Shown piece after piece: positions 11,672 through 25,120 of a stretch of DNA of 64,000 nucleotides. Source of the DNA: Azolla caroliniana (taxonomy: Eukaryota > Plantae > Polypodiophyta); NCBI GenBank assembly GCA_043228905.1, contig JBHGNT010000004.1, positions 4,402,001 to 4,466,000 of the forward strand, read 5' to 3'. The position numbers and the translations under genes were made by a program. The stretch's first letter is position 1, and every line of letters begins with the position of its first letter. The notes under the pieces were generated by a model. That model was not told the origin of the DNA, did no database searches, and saw only the letters and a list, made by a program, of their open reading frames with translations.

Positions 11672-12541
11672 CTATTTGCCTACATTTCCATCTTTAGGCA
11701 CATCCTTAACCTTGTTTTTCAATCTTTCTTCATATGCTTTACGACGAGCATTTTGTTGTGAGATAGTACGATCTTCACTCACAAAGCATTGTGTACCTTT
11801 GAGGTATACCCAACTATTTTCGAGTATGATCCGCCGCTTTGTATCATCTGTCATTGTGCATACAATAGGCCTTTCTCCGGAGCGAGTAACACCATGTTTC
11901 CCAACTCGGTGTGCCCCATATACATTCACATCTGACATCCCATAATGCATGCTAAAAAATTCACCAATGGCCTTTCCAAGGGATGCGGGTGTTTCCATAC
12001 TCTCTTCTTTAATCCCACGGACGACAATGTTCTTTGATCGTCGTTCGCGTTCTTTCAATTCTCGGACATCTATGCTTTCTATATTCTTCTCTTGATGCAT
12101 CACATGCATATTAGATGAGTTTGATAACACATCCCCACCACATACATCGGCCCATGACTTCGTTGTACATACATTTTTCATCTCACTTACATCCCGCCTC
12201 ATCGTATCCAATTTTTCTTCTTTTAATGCTTCCTTTAACTCAATCTTGTTAAGGCGCTCATTTGTTTCAAATGAAGCTCTTTTACATTCTTGAATCTCTT
12301 CTTGAAGTTTTGCAACCACTTGTTTAAGACTTTCATTCTCAATGACAACACTTTGGAGCTTAGTATTCTCTTTCATTAACATCCTAATCTCTTCACCTTG
12401 CTTTTTTATGGTTTCTTGAAGAGAAATCAAGTGACTCATAAGCATTTTGTCCGTTGCATTAGAATCGAGATTTGTTGGTGATCTCGGCTCATTATCAATC
12501 ATACCCCCAAACTTTGCGGCGGTTTTACGAGTATTTGCCAT
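11672..12541 (-). CDS. LINE ORF1: coiled coil + RRM-like domain (289 aa)
   Basis: Heptad-rich N-half, then RSKNIVVRGIKE...AHRVGK...RPIV...FVSEDRT, typical of LINE ORF1 proteins. Lies directly upstream of ORF2. Confidence 0.88.
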   Translation of the reverse strand: MANTRKTAAKFGGMIDNEPRSPTNLDSNATDKMLMSHLISLQETIKKQGEEIRMLMKENTKLQSVVIENESLKQVVAKLQEEIQECKRASFETNERLNKIELKEALKEEKLDTMRRDVSEMKNVCTTKSWADVCGGDVLSNSSNMHVMHQEKNIESIDVRELKERERRSKNIVVRGIKEESMETPASLGKAIGEFFSMHYGMSDVNVYGAHRVGKHGVTRSGERPIVCTMTDDTKRRIILENSWVYLKGTQCFVSEDRTISQQNARRKAYEERLKNKVKDVPKDGNVGK

Positions 12542-12774
12542 TGTAGGGATAAACCGTACGGGAAAAGAGAGACAAAGAGGGAAGGAGAGAGAATGTACCT
12601 TTCACTCGATTTAGGGCTTCAAAATCTACCTTCCGTTTGAGGAACCGTGGGGCAAAGATGGCTCCGGATGAAAATGCTCATAACTTCTCGCCACGGTAAT
12701 GGAATTCAGTAAATGAACATTCTTTAGAAAGCTCTCTCAAAGAGCTTTCCAACGAGCTATAGAACGTAGAAAAC

Positions 12775-12828
<54 letters not shown>

Positions 12829-12833
<5 letters not shown>

Positions 12834-14285
12834 AAGAAAGAAAGATATATTAACGTCTTCTAAGGCCAAATTTGGCCCATGAGACATTGTCAATTGGTTT
12901 ACAACAAAAATGAGTGTTTATCCAATAATCAAAACTAAAATAAAAGAAAATAGCTTAAGCTAAGAGAGTTCTAGTAGTGTACAAAAACTAAGCGTAATCT
13001 CATTTCCACCCAAGTCTTGTGAAAAGAAGTGGGAGGTCAAAAGTTTTTTTATGCGTGTGACCCATGGTCCCGATACATAGAGTGCCCTAGCCATGGCTTC
13101 TAGGCCGTGTAGTTCATGGTGCAGGTCTGTTGACATTCATTGCCTCCCCCTGTTCCTGAAAAACTTGATTTATTACATGTTGGTAAACATTAGCAACATT
13201 ATTATCAACGTTTTGTAACTTATTCTCTTTGTGTTGTTTCAATTCTAAGATGTCTCTACCTAATTTCTTTATATCTAGTGTATCTAATAGTTTAGGTAGG
13301 GTGGGAGAGGAACCAAGTATGTCTTGGTATTTTGCCCTTATCTCGGCATAGGTGGGGCATTTGCATGTAAAATGGTACTCATCCTCTATCTCTAAGTGGC
13401 ATAACCTACATATCCTTTCCTCCCTAGGGACTCCATTAGTACGTTCATTCTCAATCTCAAGTTGGTGAGATGATATTCCAAGTTGACCAATGGCAACCCT
13501 TAGTGCATGTGGTAAGAATACATCTAGATATCTTGGTCGCGTGATAAAACCTAACTTAGAGAAGTGCATAAAGTGTTCCTTATAGTACGGCATTTTAGAT
13601 TGGAGTGGCTCTAGTGGGGTGATCCATTTATACCGAGTATAAATTTGCCATATTTCTTGGCGTATTACTTTATTACAGTCCTCATGAGAGATTAAAGTGT
13701 TATCAGTCGTGTGGTTGTACTTAAGGGGGGGGAGGTTATTAATGTCTAGACCATTGGCAAGAAGCCAACTCACCATCATGCCATACCATGAGCTAGTATA
13801 GCCGGACTCATAAAGTGCTCCAGAAGCCTTAAAGGCTTGGTGGGATATTCTATCAAGTGGTTGGTTATGTATCCTGTGGATAAAGACTACAAGTTGAAAA
13901 AGTGCTTCTACTAACATAGGGGGTAGAGTGAACTCAGCCCTAATAATGTCATGTGGGACTGACGATTTGCTTCGGAGTTGGCGTGATAAAATCATCACCA
14001 ATGGTCTCTCTAATTGCGTCCACATGAAAGATGGTAGTGCTGGAGCCCAAACCACTGATGCATACATGAGAGAGGGAGTCACTAATGAGTCAAAGAGCCA
14101 CCCTTTAGTTTGTGGCTCTTGGAAGTATACTTGGTGGCATTGTCTCTCGAGGAGTGAGAGGGATGCATGTCCTCTTGTAAGTCTATCCTTCGCTGCTTGT
14201 TCCTTCAAAAATTTACCTAAGCGGGCACTGAAAGTGACTCTGAGATAGACATATGATCCAACCACCTCAATTGGGCTATGGGAGA
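12829..14285 (-). mobile_element. 5'-truncated LINE, family A (RTE-X-like), with 3' end and (TCTT)n tail
   Basis: ORF 13114-14337 matches the other family A copies (CRLC..EDEYHF.CKC). The 3' end gaagacgttaatatatctttctttc runs into (TC)n. Has an internal deletion of ~115 bp relative to the 19.6-21.7 kb copy. Confidence 0.88.
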
Positions 14286-14583
14286 GAGGAAGCTTTGAAC
14301 AAGAAGATTTATTAGCAGGTAATAAAATTAAATCCACCTAGTGATTTCGTTACAAAAGGTTGATTTCTAGACATGCCCGATAACCGCTCCGGCACATCCA
14401 CGTGAGGTCAAATGAAATTGAAAATAGACCATCTCATGTATTAAAGAAAAATCGTTGACTTCGAAATGGTTTAACTTCATCTTCCTGAATATTCTATTAT
14501 TGGTTTAAGATTGTAAAGAAATGGGAAGGGTAATTGATGTTGTGCAGAGGAAATGAATCGTCTGTGTGTGTACGTAAGGCGAG

Positions 14584-14618
<35 letters not shown>

Positions 14619-15188
14619 TAGAAGATATATTAGCAGGAGATAAAAGCACATCCATCTAGTTACTGAGTTACAGAAGGTTTGTTTTAATATGATCTAATTG
14701 AAGGGTACATTCCTTTCTAGTTTTTACAACAATAGCCTAGTATATCCGACCAGAGGTGTTTTACATGATCTTCGTGGATGGTAGTATTTGAACCAACGCG
14801 AGCGAACCCACATGATTTCTAGTTATGCCCAATAACCACTCCCACACATCCACATGAGGCCCAACAACATTGAAAATACATAATATCATGTATCATTGGT
14901 TTAGGAGGTAAATAAATGGGAAGCGTACGTGATGTTGTGCAGCTGAAGTGACTAGTGTGTCTGTGTGTAAGTAAGGCAATCAGGAGAGAAAGAAACAGAG
15001 ACACAGAGAGAGAGAGCTTTGAACAAGAAGATTTATTAACAAGTCATAAAATTACATCCACCTAGTGATTTAGTTACAAAGGGTTGGTTTAAATACGATG
15101 TAACCTAAATGAACATCACTTTCTAGATTTTACAACACTAGTCTAGTATGTGTGATGGGTTTTTACAATTGTCCTTATACAAGACCTT

Positions 15189-15269
15189 CGTGGATGGTAG
15201 GATTCGAACCTACGCGGGCGAACCCACATGATTTCTAGTCATGCCCGATAACCACTCCGGCACATCCAC
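15189..15269 (-). tRNA. tRNA-Ser(AGA), intact
   Basis: Identical to array consensus. Confidence 0.9.
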
Positions 15270-15581
15270 GTCAGGTCAAATGAGATTGAAAATAGAAAAT
15301 ATTGTGCATTAAAGAAAAATCGTTGACTTCCAAATTGTTTAATTTCATCTTCTCGAATATCCTATCATTGTTTTAAGTTCGTAAAGAAATGGGAAACGTA
15401 CGTGATGTTATGCAGAGGAAGTAAACCGACTATGTGTACGTAAGATAAGCAGGAGAGAGAGAGCTTGGAACTAGAAGATATATTAGAAGGAGAGAGACAT
15501 ATGCAATGTAAGGCAACATCCCTCTCTAGTTTTTACAACAATAGCCTAGTATATTCGACATTAGGTCTTTTACATGATGTT

Positions 15582-15662
15582 CGTGGGTGGTAGGATTCGA
15601 ACCTACGTGGGCGAACCCACATGATTTCTAGTCATGCCCGATAACCACTCCGGCACATCCAC
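15582..15662 (-). tRNA. tRNA-Ser(AGA), near-intact (2 substitutions)
   Basis: gtgggtgg acceptor mismatch and ctacgtggg change. Confidence 0.5.
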
Positions 15663-16142
15663 ATGAGGCTCAATAACATTGAGAATAGAAAACATCATGT
15701 ATCATTGGTTTAAGATTGTAAGTAAATGGGAAGTGTACCTGATGTTGTGCAACGGAAGTAACTAGTATTTGTATATGTAAGTAAGGCAATTAGGAGGGAG
15801 AGAAAGAGAGAGAGAGATAGAGAGAGAGGGAGGGAGAGAGGGAGGTTTGAACAAGAAGATTTATTAGCAGGTGATGAAATTACATCCACCTAGTGATTTA
15901 GTCAGAAAAGGTTGATTTCTAGTCATGCCCGATAACCACTCCGGCACATCCATGTGAGGTCAAATGAAATTGAAAATAGAGAATCTCATGTGTTAAAGAA
16001 AAATCGTTGACTTCGAAATGGTTTAACTTCATCTTCTTGAATATTCTATGATTGGTTTAAGATTGTAAAGAAATGGGAAGGGTAGTTGATATTGTGCAGA
16101 GGAAATGAATCGTCCATGTGTGTGCATACGTAAGGCAAGAAG

Positions 16143-16184
<42 letters not shown>

Positions 16185-16645
16185 CGAACCAGAAGATATA
16201 TTAGGAGGAGATAAAATTACATCAACCTATTGACTAAGTTACAAAAGGTTTGTTTAAATACAATCCAATCTACGGCAACATAGCTTTCTAGTTTTTACAA
16301 AAATAGCCTAGTATATCCAACAATAGGTCTTTTCCATGATCTTCGTGAATAGTAGGATTCGAACCTACGCGGGTGAACCCACATGGTTTCTAGTCATGCC
16401 CAATAACCACTTTGTCACATCCACGTCAAGTTAAAGGACATTGAAAATAGAGAATCTCATGTATTAAAGAAAAATCGTTGACTTCAAAATGGTTTAACTT
16501 CATCTTCTTGAATACTCTATCATTGGTTTAAGATTGAAAAGAAATGGGAAGGGTAATTGATGTTGTGCAGAGGAAATGAATCGTCCGTGTTTGTGTGTAT
16601 GTAAGGCAAGCAGGACAGAGACAAAGTGAGAGAGAGAGAGAGAGA

Positions 16646-19553
16646 TTATCAACATACTAGACTACATCGTCTAGGACAAGAAGTGGATGATGTTAATTGT
16701 CAATCACAGATGTTTGTTCATGACCTTCATGAATCACATGGACGACATAATGTGTTAAGGTTAGAGGAAATTGGTATCACGTGTTCCAATCCTCAAGAAA
16801 TTGTGAAGAAATGCATAGACTATTATACACAATTGTTGGATGTATAAGTTTGTATCGATTATAATGTTAAAAAGGATAGAGATGTATTTTTTAATGGAGT
16901 GAAAAATCATGTATCGTATAATGTGGCACAATTATTAGATGCTAATATTTCAAAGGATGAGGTGGAACATGTCATGTCACATCTTGCTAATGATAAGAGT
17001 CCTAGGTGGGATGGATTAACAAATAAACTATTTAAGAAATATGTGATTAAGTTAAAGGGGCCTTTTACGGTTTTATTTCAGAAGGTGTGGACATCAGGGG
17101 AAATGCCTCATTCTTGGAAGATTGGTTTGATAAAACTTTTGCCAAAGGTGCCTTCTCCATCTTCCTTTGCTCAATGGAGGCCTATTTCATTGATGGGGGG
17201 AATGTACAAGATTTTTGCAAAAGTGATAGCCAATAGGTTGCATAAGGTTTTACCTTCTATTATTCATAATGCTCAATCTGGGTTTTTAGCAAAAAGAGAC
17301 ATTTTAAATAATATTTTAAATGTTCAAATGGCAATTGACTATGCAAAGAATTCGAAGCAAGAATTGGTGTTGCCACAATTGGATATCAAGAAAGCCTATG
17401 ATAATGTGGACTGGTCGTTTATAAATCAATTGATGTCTCATATGGGTTTTCGTGATCGTATGTCTAAGTTGATATACACATTAGGGGAGGGTTCAGTTTC
17501 ACATGTGATGTTTAATGGAGGAGTAACACAACCAATTTCTATTCGGAGGTCAATTAGACAAGGATGCCCGGTAAGTCCTTTACTATTCACTATTGTGACA
17601 CATCCTATTCTTGTTAAGTTACACAATATGGCTATGGAGGAAGAATTGCTTGGACTAAGGTTGCCATCAGGGAAGCCATGTATTGTTCAAGCTCTAGCAG
17701 ATGACCATATTATGTTTTTGGCACGTAATCGGGAAAATATTAGTAAGACAAGAGATGTGTGGGAATTGTTTTCAAATGCTTCAGGGTTGAGAATTAATAT
17801 ACATAAATCTGTCCTCATTTCATGTACAGAACAAGATGTGTTGGGGTTGGGATGGTCAGGAAGGATAGTACATCATGGTATGATTTTTCGTCACCTTGGA
17901 TATTCAATTGGGGTGGAAGTTTCTCATGTGAAACTTATTGAGTGGGTGTCCAAAAGGTTGGAGGATAAGTTTATGTATTGGAGGTCTCAAATTTGGCCTT
18001 TTCACGTACAACTTAAGGTGGTCCAATCGATTATGGTCTCTATGGTATCTTATTATCTTCCTTTGCTCCCATGGTCAAAGGAATCTCTTGAAATATTGAC
18101 ACGCTCAATGCGAATGTTGTTATGGAAAAGAAAAGGGAAAAGTGCCTTGTCGTGGTTGGCATGGGATCATCTTTGTACTCCGAAGCGTCTTGGCAGGGTA
18201 TCAATATTAAATCTATATGAGCATATGGTGGCTCGTCGATTTACTTTCATTCGATTTATGTTTGAAGGTGTACAACCTTGGATAGAAATGGTGGCGTACT
18301 TTATAGAAAAGAACGGAATACAGCTTGGAAACATGAAGGTTGAAGCAAATTGGTGGAATGTAATTAATTCTGATAGGGATGTCAAATGTGCAGGGTCTAT
18401 GACAGTTGATCATTTGTTTACATAATGGCAATGTATGTTAGATTTTGCGGAATGGCATCCCCCACAAGAAAGGGTATGTGCCAATTCATTACAAATGGAG
18501 GTTTTGGCGACATCAAGGTTGTTGAAGTGGGGAAGGTAAGAAAATTTTTAACCTTCAATTTAATTGGATGGCTAGATTGGGATTGGTAACAATTAAGGAT
18601 GCTATGTTGGTGTCACAAAGAAATTTAATGGCTTTTCGAACAATTAGATCAACATTTCGTATCCCAAAAGGTTATACCTTTATTTGGGATAAGTTGCAAC
18701 AAATACTATCTTCGTATGAGCCAATTCCTTATTTAGATGGGCGATCTCAAGAGCTTGATTGGAGGTTCGTTGGAAATAACAGATTGACTATGATCTCAAC
18801 AAATGTTTCTTATCACACGTTGATTAACAAACATAAGTGGTTGGAAGAAAGGGTTATAAAGATATGGGGGTTTCATAAGCCCATTACTTGGTGGCTTCAT
18901 GTGATCAAGGCAGGTTGGTGTTCTCAATTAATGCTACGAGCCAAGGTATTTGTTTGGAGAGTTATGATTGGAGCTTTACCATTGGGAGATGCATTAAAAA
19001 ATAGAAACATTACTAAAGGATTGTGTTTCTTTTGTTCGGTAGAATTGGAACATAGTAGGCATCGATTTATTTCCTGCCCGATGGCAAGGATGGTTTGGAG
19101 GTGTATCAGTTTAGTGTGGATGTCTCTAACCGGAGTACGTCTATCTTCCTTCAATTGGGTTTTTGCACATATGGAGAACAATGAACCAATGCCTCATTCT
19201 CAAATTATTTTTGAGTTCTTGAGGTATTGGGGGCTATGGTTCAATTGGAATATGCAGAATGCCTTCATTTTTTATCCGCAAGTGGGGGTGAGAAAATATG
19301 TTCTAAAGTTAAAAGGACTTTTTTTGTGGCAATTGACTGTGCTAGAGAAGTCACGAAATCTCAACCAGGAAGAGAGAGAACTCTGCAAGGTCACATATCA
19401 TCATATTCGCCATTTGAATTGGTGTGTAGGGTGGCATTGAGTTTGGTGTCGTAGTTTTCTTTAGATCCCTAGATAGAAGGGGTTCTATAGTTTGTTGTAA
19501 GTTAGTCATGGTGGTGTTTTTTCTTTCGTAAGGAAAACCATTATTTACGAAAA
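16646..19553 (+). mobile_element. 5'-truncated L1-clade LINE (decayed RT + zf-RVT), flanked by (GA)n
   Basis: ORF 16899-18425: WRPISL, LDIKKAYDNVDW, IRQGCPVSPLLF, LADD, RHLG. ORF 18568-19440: KVFVWR...CFFC..EHSRHRFISC. Stops and frameshifts lie between them. Confidence 0.9.
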
Positions 19554-19570
19554 GAGAGAGAGAGAGAGAG

Positions 19571-21732
19571 AAAGAATGAAAGAAAGATATATTAACGTCT
19601 TTTAAGGCCAAAATTGGCCCATGAGACAGTTGGTTTACAACAAAAATGAGTGTTTATCCAATCATCAAAACTAAAATAAAAGAAAATAACTTAAGCTAAA
19701 AGACTTCTAGTAGTGTACAAAACTTTGCACTAAGCCTAATTTCATTTCCACCCAAGACTCTCAAAAAGAAGTGGGAGGTCAAAAGTTTTTGGTGTGGGTG
19801 TGACCCATGGTTCCGGTCTATAGAGTGCCCCCGCCATTGCTTCTAGGCGGTGTAGCTCACGTTCCCTTATTTTCTTTATTGCTTCGACATCTTGTCGGGT
19901 TGCTTTGAAACCTAACATCCGAGGGAGTTTGGTTCTTCTTTGATTTTCTGCTTCATCAAGGAAAACCCCGAGTGGTGCAGGTGTGTCGACATTCATTGTC
20001 TCCCCATGTTCCTGAAAAACTTCATTTGTTATATGTTGGTAAACATATCAATGTTTTGTAACTTATTCTCTCTGTGTTGTTTCAATTCTAAGATGTCTCT
20101 ACCTAATTTCTTTATATCTAGTGTATCTAATAGTTTAGGGAGGGTGGGAGAGGAACCAAGTATGTCTTGGTATTTTGCCCTTATCTCGGCATAGGTGGGG
20201 CATTTGCATGTAAAATGGTACTCATCCTCTATCTCTATGTGGCATAACCTACATATCCTTTCCTCCCTAGGGACTCCATTAGTACGTCCATTCTCAATCT
20301 CAAGTTGGTGAGATGATATTCCAAGTTGACCAATGGCAACCCTTAGTGCATGTGGTAAGAATACATCTAGATATCTTGACCGCGTAATAAAACCATACTT
20401 AGAGAAGTGCATAAAGTGTTCCTTATAGTACGACATTTTAGATGGGAGTGACTCTAGTGGGGTGATCCATTTATACCGAGTATAAATTTGCCATATTTCT
20501 TGGCGTATTACTTTATTACGGTCCTCATGAGAGATTAAAGTGTTATCAGTCGTGTGGTTGTACTTAAGGGGGGGGAGGTTATTAATGTCTAGACCGTTGG
20601 CAAGAAGCCAACTCACCATCATGCCATACCATGAGCTAGTATAGCCGGACTCATAAAGTGCTCCAGAAGCCTTAAAGGCTTGATGGGATATTCTATCAAG
20701 TGGTTGGTTATGTATCCTGTGGATAAAGACTACAAGTTGAGAAGTGCTTCTACTAACATAGGGGGTAGAGTGAACTTAGCCCTAATAATGTCATGTGGGA
20801 CTGACGATTTGCTTCGGAGTTGGCGTGATAACATCATCACCAATGGTCTCTCTAATTGTGTCCACATGAATGATGGTAGTCCTGGAGCCCAAACCGCTGA
20901 TGCATACATGAGAGAGGGAGTCACTATGAGTCAAGGAGCCACCCTTTTGGTTCGTGGCTCTTGGAAGTATGCTTGATGACATTGTCTCTCGAGGAGCGAG
21001 AGGGATGCATGTCCTCTCGTAATTCTATCCTTCGTTGCTTGTGTCATTGAAAATTTACCTAAGCGGGCATTGAAAGTGACTCTGAGATAGACATATGTTC
21101 CAACCACCTCAACTGGGCTATGGGAGATAGTTAGGAGACACTTAGCTCTAACTTGGGCCGACGTGTGGAAGATAAGGACTTTAGTTTTCCCTAGATTCAC
21201 TACCAATCCTCGTTGTATGCAAATGTCATCTAAGGCATTAAGGTGCCTTTGTAGGTCGTGTTCAGATTCAGAGAGCAAAACTATGTCGTCGGTAGTAGGA
21301 TACACACCTGTGTATCCCCAAGGACTACTGCATTGCCTCCCTTACGAGCAATAAAATTTGTGATCTCATCAATGTAGATCCCAAAAAGAGTCGGAGATAG
21401 GGGGCAACCTTGTTTTACACCAATAGTGCTAGTGAAACTATCGGATAGGCCACTTGGGCATTGAACACACCCGGACACCTGTTCATATAGTGCGTAGATG
21501 GCCCAAACCATGTCATCTGGTATCCTGAAGCTCTTAAGCCTATCAAACAACTGCTCTCTAGGGATTGTGTCTGAAGCTTTGCGGAAGTCCACAAAACAAC
21601 AATATAGTTTCTTCTTGCGAGCCTTAGTTTGGTCAATTAAGCATCTAAGTGTGAAGATATGATCAATAGTGGCAAAGGCTCGTCTAAAGCCAGCCTGTTC
21701 AGGTGCACAAAGATTTAAGGTCTCCATATAAT
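19571..21732 (-). mobile_element. 5'-truncated LINE, family A (RTE-X-like), frameshifted RT to 3' end
   Basis: ORFs 21281-21727 (QAGFR, FVDFRKA, GVKQGCPLSPTLF), 20931-21305, 20029-20622 and 19742-19996. 3' tail (TCTT)n into (TC)n. Confidence 0.9.
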
Positions 21733-22825
21733 CACTAGTCTAGTATGTGTGACAATACTCATTCTACATGATATTTGTGGATGGTAGCATTCGAACCCAC
21801 ATGATTTCGAGTCATAACTAGCCTAATATATCAGACAGTTGTCCTTATCCAAGATCTTCATGGATTGTAGGATTCGAACCTAGTAATTGAAGAAGAAGAT
21901 TTATTAGTAGATGATGAAATTACATCCACCTACTGATTTAGTCAGAAAAGGTTGATTTCTAGTCATGCCCGATAACCACTACGGTATATCCACATGAGGT
22001 CAAACGAAATTGAAAATAGAGAATCTCATGTATTAAAGAAAAATCGTTGACTTCGAAATGGTTTAACTTCATCTTCTTGAATATTCTATGATTGGTTTAA
22101 GATTGTAACGAAAGGGGAAGGGTAGTTGATGTTGTGCACAGGAAATGAATCGCCATGTGTGTGCATACCGTAAGGCAAGAAGGACAGAGAGAGAGGGAGA
22201 AAGAGAGAGAGGGAGAAAGAGAGAGAGAGAGAGAGAGAGAGCTTGGAACCAGAAAATATATTAGCAGGAGATAAAATTACATCCGCCTAGTGATTAAGTT
22301 ACAAAGGGTTTGTCTAAATACGATCTAATCTAAGGCAACATTCCTTTCTAGTTTTTACAAAAATACGATCTAATCTACGGCAACATCCCTTTCTAGTTTT
22401 TACAAAAATAGCCTAGTATTCTCACACATACTAGTCTAGTATGTGTGAGAATAGTCCTTCTACATGATCTTTGTGGATAGCAGCATTCGAACCCACATGA
22501 TTTCGAGTCATGCCTTGCGTAATATAGGCCCACAATATTCCTTGTACAGGATCTTCGTGGATGGTAGGATTCGAACCTACGCAGACGAACCCACATGATT
22601 TCTAGGCCTTCCCAATAACCACTCCGGCACATCAACATGAGGCAAAACGATATTGAAAATAGAACATATTGTGTATTAAAGAAAAATCGTTGACTTCCAA
22701 ATCGTTTAACTTCATCTTCTCGAATATCATATCATTGTTTTAAGATCGTAAAGAAATGGGAAGCATAGGTGATGTTGTGCAGGGGAACTGAATCATCCAT
22801 GTGTGTGCGTACATAAGGCAAGCAG

Positions 22826-22871
<46 letters not shown>

Positions 22872-25082
22872 AAGAAACTTACGCACGCACACACATGGAG
22901 CATGTGTTTTGAATTCTTATGATTTCTATAAAATCGTTTCTTATCAAATAACATTGGTTCTAAAGTTTGTGATATAAATTGAGAATGTAACTTTTTGAAA
23001 TTCCTTTGTTTTTATTTACTTCTAAATCATGAAAATAGTGGATTTTTAACTTTTTGTATAGTATATTTGAACATGTATGATACTGGTATCAATGTGATTT
23101 GTAAAATCATTCAAAAAGCCCTAAAATAAACCAAAATATTCCTTATCCTTCCATTTATGCTCAATCCTTCCACTTGTGAATGCGAATGTGTTGAGAGAAC
23201 TCTGGAACTAGAAGATATATTAGCAGGAGATAAAATTACATCCACCTAGTGACTAAGTTACAAAAGGTTTGTTTAAATACAATCTAATGTAAGGCAACAT
23301 CCCTTTCCACTTTTGACAACAATATCCTAGTATATCTGCTAGTAGGTCTTTTACATGATCTTCGTGGATGGTAGGATTCGAACCTACACGGGTAAACCCA
23401 CAAGATTTCTAGTCATGCACGATAACCACTCCGACACATCCACATGAGGCCCAACAACATTGAAAATAGATAATATCATGTATCATTGGTTTAGGATGTA
23501 AACAAATGGGAATCGTACGTGATGCTGTGCAGCTGAAGTGACTAGTGTGTTTGTGTGTAAGGCAATCAGGAGAGAGAAACACAGAGAGAGAGAGAGAGAG
23601 AGCTTTGAACAAGAAAATTTGTTAGCAGGTTTTAAAAGTACATCCACCTAGTGATTTAGTGACAAAAGGTTGGTTTAAATACCATGTAACCTAAGGCAAC
23701 ATCCCGTTCTAGTGTTTACAACACTGGTCTACTATCTGTGACAATAGTCTGTCTACATGATCTTTGTGAATCGCAACATTCGAACCCACATGATTTCAAG
23801 TCATACCTAGCCTAATATATCCGACAATTGTCCTTGTACATGATCTTCGTGGATGGTAGGATCCAAACCTACGCGGGCGAACCCACATGATTTCTAGTCA
23901 TGCCCGATAACCACTCTAGCACATCCACGGGATGTCAAACGACATTGAACATAGACAATCTTGTGTATTAAAGAAAAATCGTTGACTTCGAAATGGTCTA
24001 ACTTCATCTTCTTGAAGCGTAAGTGATATTGTACAGCGGAACTGAATAGTGTGTCTGAGTGTACGTAACGCAAGCAAGACAGAGAGAGATTTATTAGAAG
24101 GAGATAAAATTACGTCCACCTAATGATTAAGTTTTAAAATTTTGGTTTAAATACCAGCTAACCTATGTCAACTTCCCTTTCTACTATTTACAACACTAGC
24201 CTAGTAATTCCAACAATAGTCCTTGTACATGATTTTTGTTGAAGGTAGTACTTGAACCTATGCGAGCGAACCCACATGATTTCTAGTATTCTCTAGCCTA
24301 GTATGTCCGATAATAGGTCTTGTACATGATGTTTGTGGATGGTAGGATTGGAACCTACGGGGGCGAACCCACATGATTTCTAGTCATGCCAGATAACTAC
24401 TCCAGCACATCCACATGAGGTAAAATGATATTGAAAATAGAACATATTGTGTGTTAAAGAAAAATTGTTGACTTCCAAATGGTTTAACTTCATCTTCTCG
24501 AATATCCTATCATTGTTTTAAGATCGTAAGGAAATGGGAAGCGTAGGTGATGTTGTGGAGAGGAGGTGAATCGACTCTATGTACATAAGATAAGCAGGAG
24601 AGAGAGAGAGCGAGAGAGAGAGAGAGACCTTGGAATCAGAAGATTGAACCGACTATGTGTACGTAAGATAGGCAGGAGAGAGAGAGAGCGAGAGAGAGAG
24701 AGCTTGGAATCAGAAGATATATTAGCAGGAGAGAGATATATCCAACATAAGGCAACCTCCCTTTCTAGTTTTTACAACAATAGCCTACTATATCCAATGT
24801 AAGGCAACCTCCTTTTCTAGGTTTTACAACAATGACCTACTATATCTGACAATAGGTCTTCTACATGATGTTTGTGGGTGGTAGGATTCGAACCTACGCA
24901 AGCAAACCCACATGATTTCTAGTCATGCCCGATAACCACTCTGGCACATCCACATGAGGCCCAACAACATTGAAAATAAAAAATATCATGTATGATTGGC
25001 TTAAGATTGTAAATAAATGGGAAGTGTACGTGATGTTGTGCAGTGGAAGTAACTAGTGTATCTATGTGTAAGTAAGGCAAAC

Positions 25083-25120
<38 letters not shown>

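Larger units (their letters stand above)
8222..12777 (-). mobile_element. Apparently full-length intact non-L1 LINE (RTE-X-like), inserted in a (GA)n tract
   Basis: 5' UTR, ORF1, ORF2, short 3' UTR and (TCTA)3 tail merging into (TC)n. (GA)n on both flanks. Confidence 0.92.

Noticed and set aside
8836-11945. Short antisense and alternate-frame ORFs over the intact LINE (likewise over the copia at 59.2-63.0 kb)
   Set aside because: Shadow ORFs of long coding sequences with no independent motifs.
22490-22515. Anticodon variants (CGA in half-copies such as catgatttcgagtcatg; ACA near 1040)
   Set aside because: Single substitutions in truncated or multiply mutated copies; no evidence of functional isoacceptor switching.
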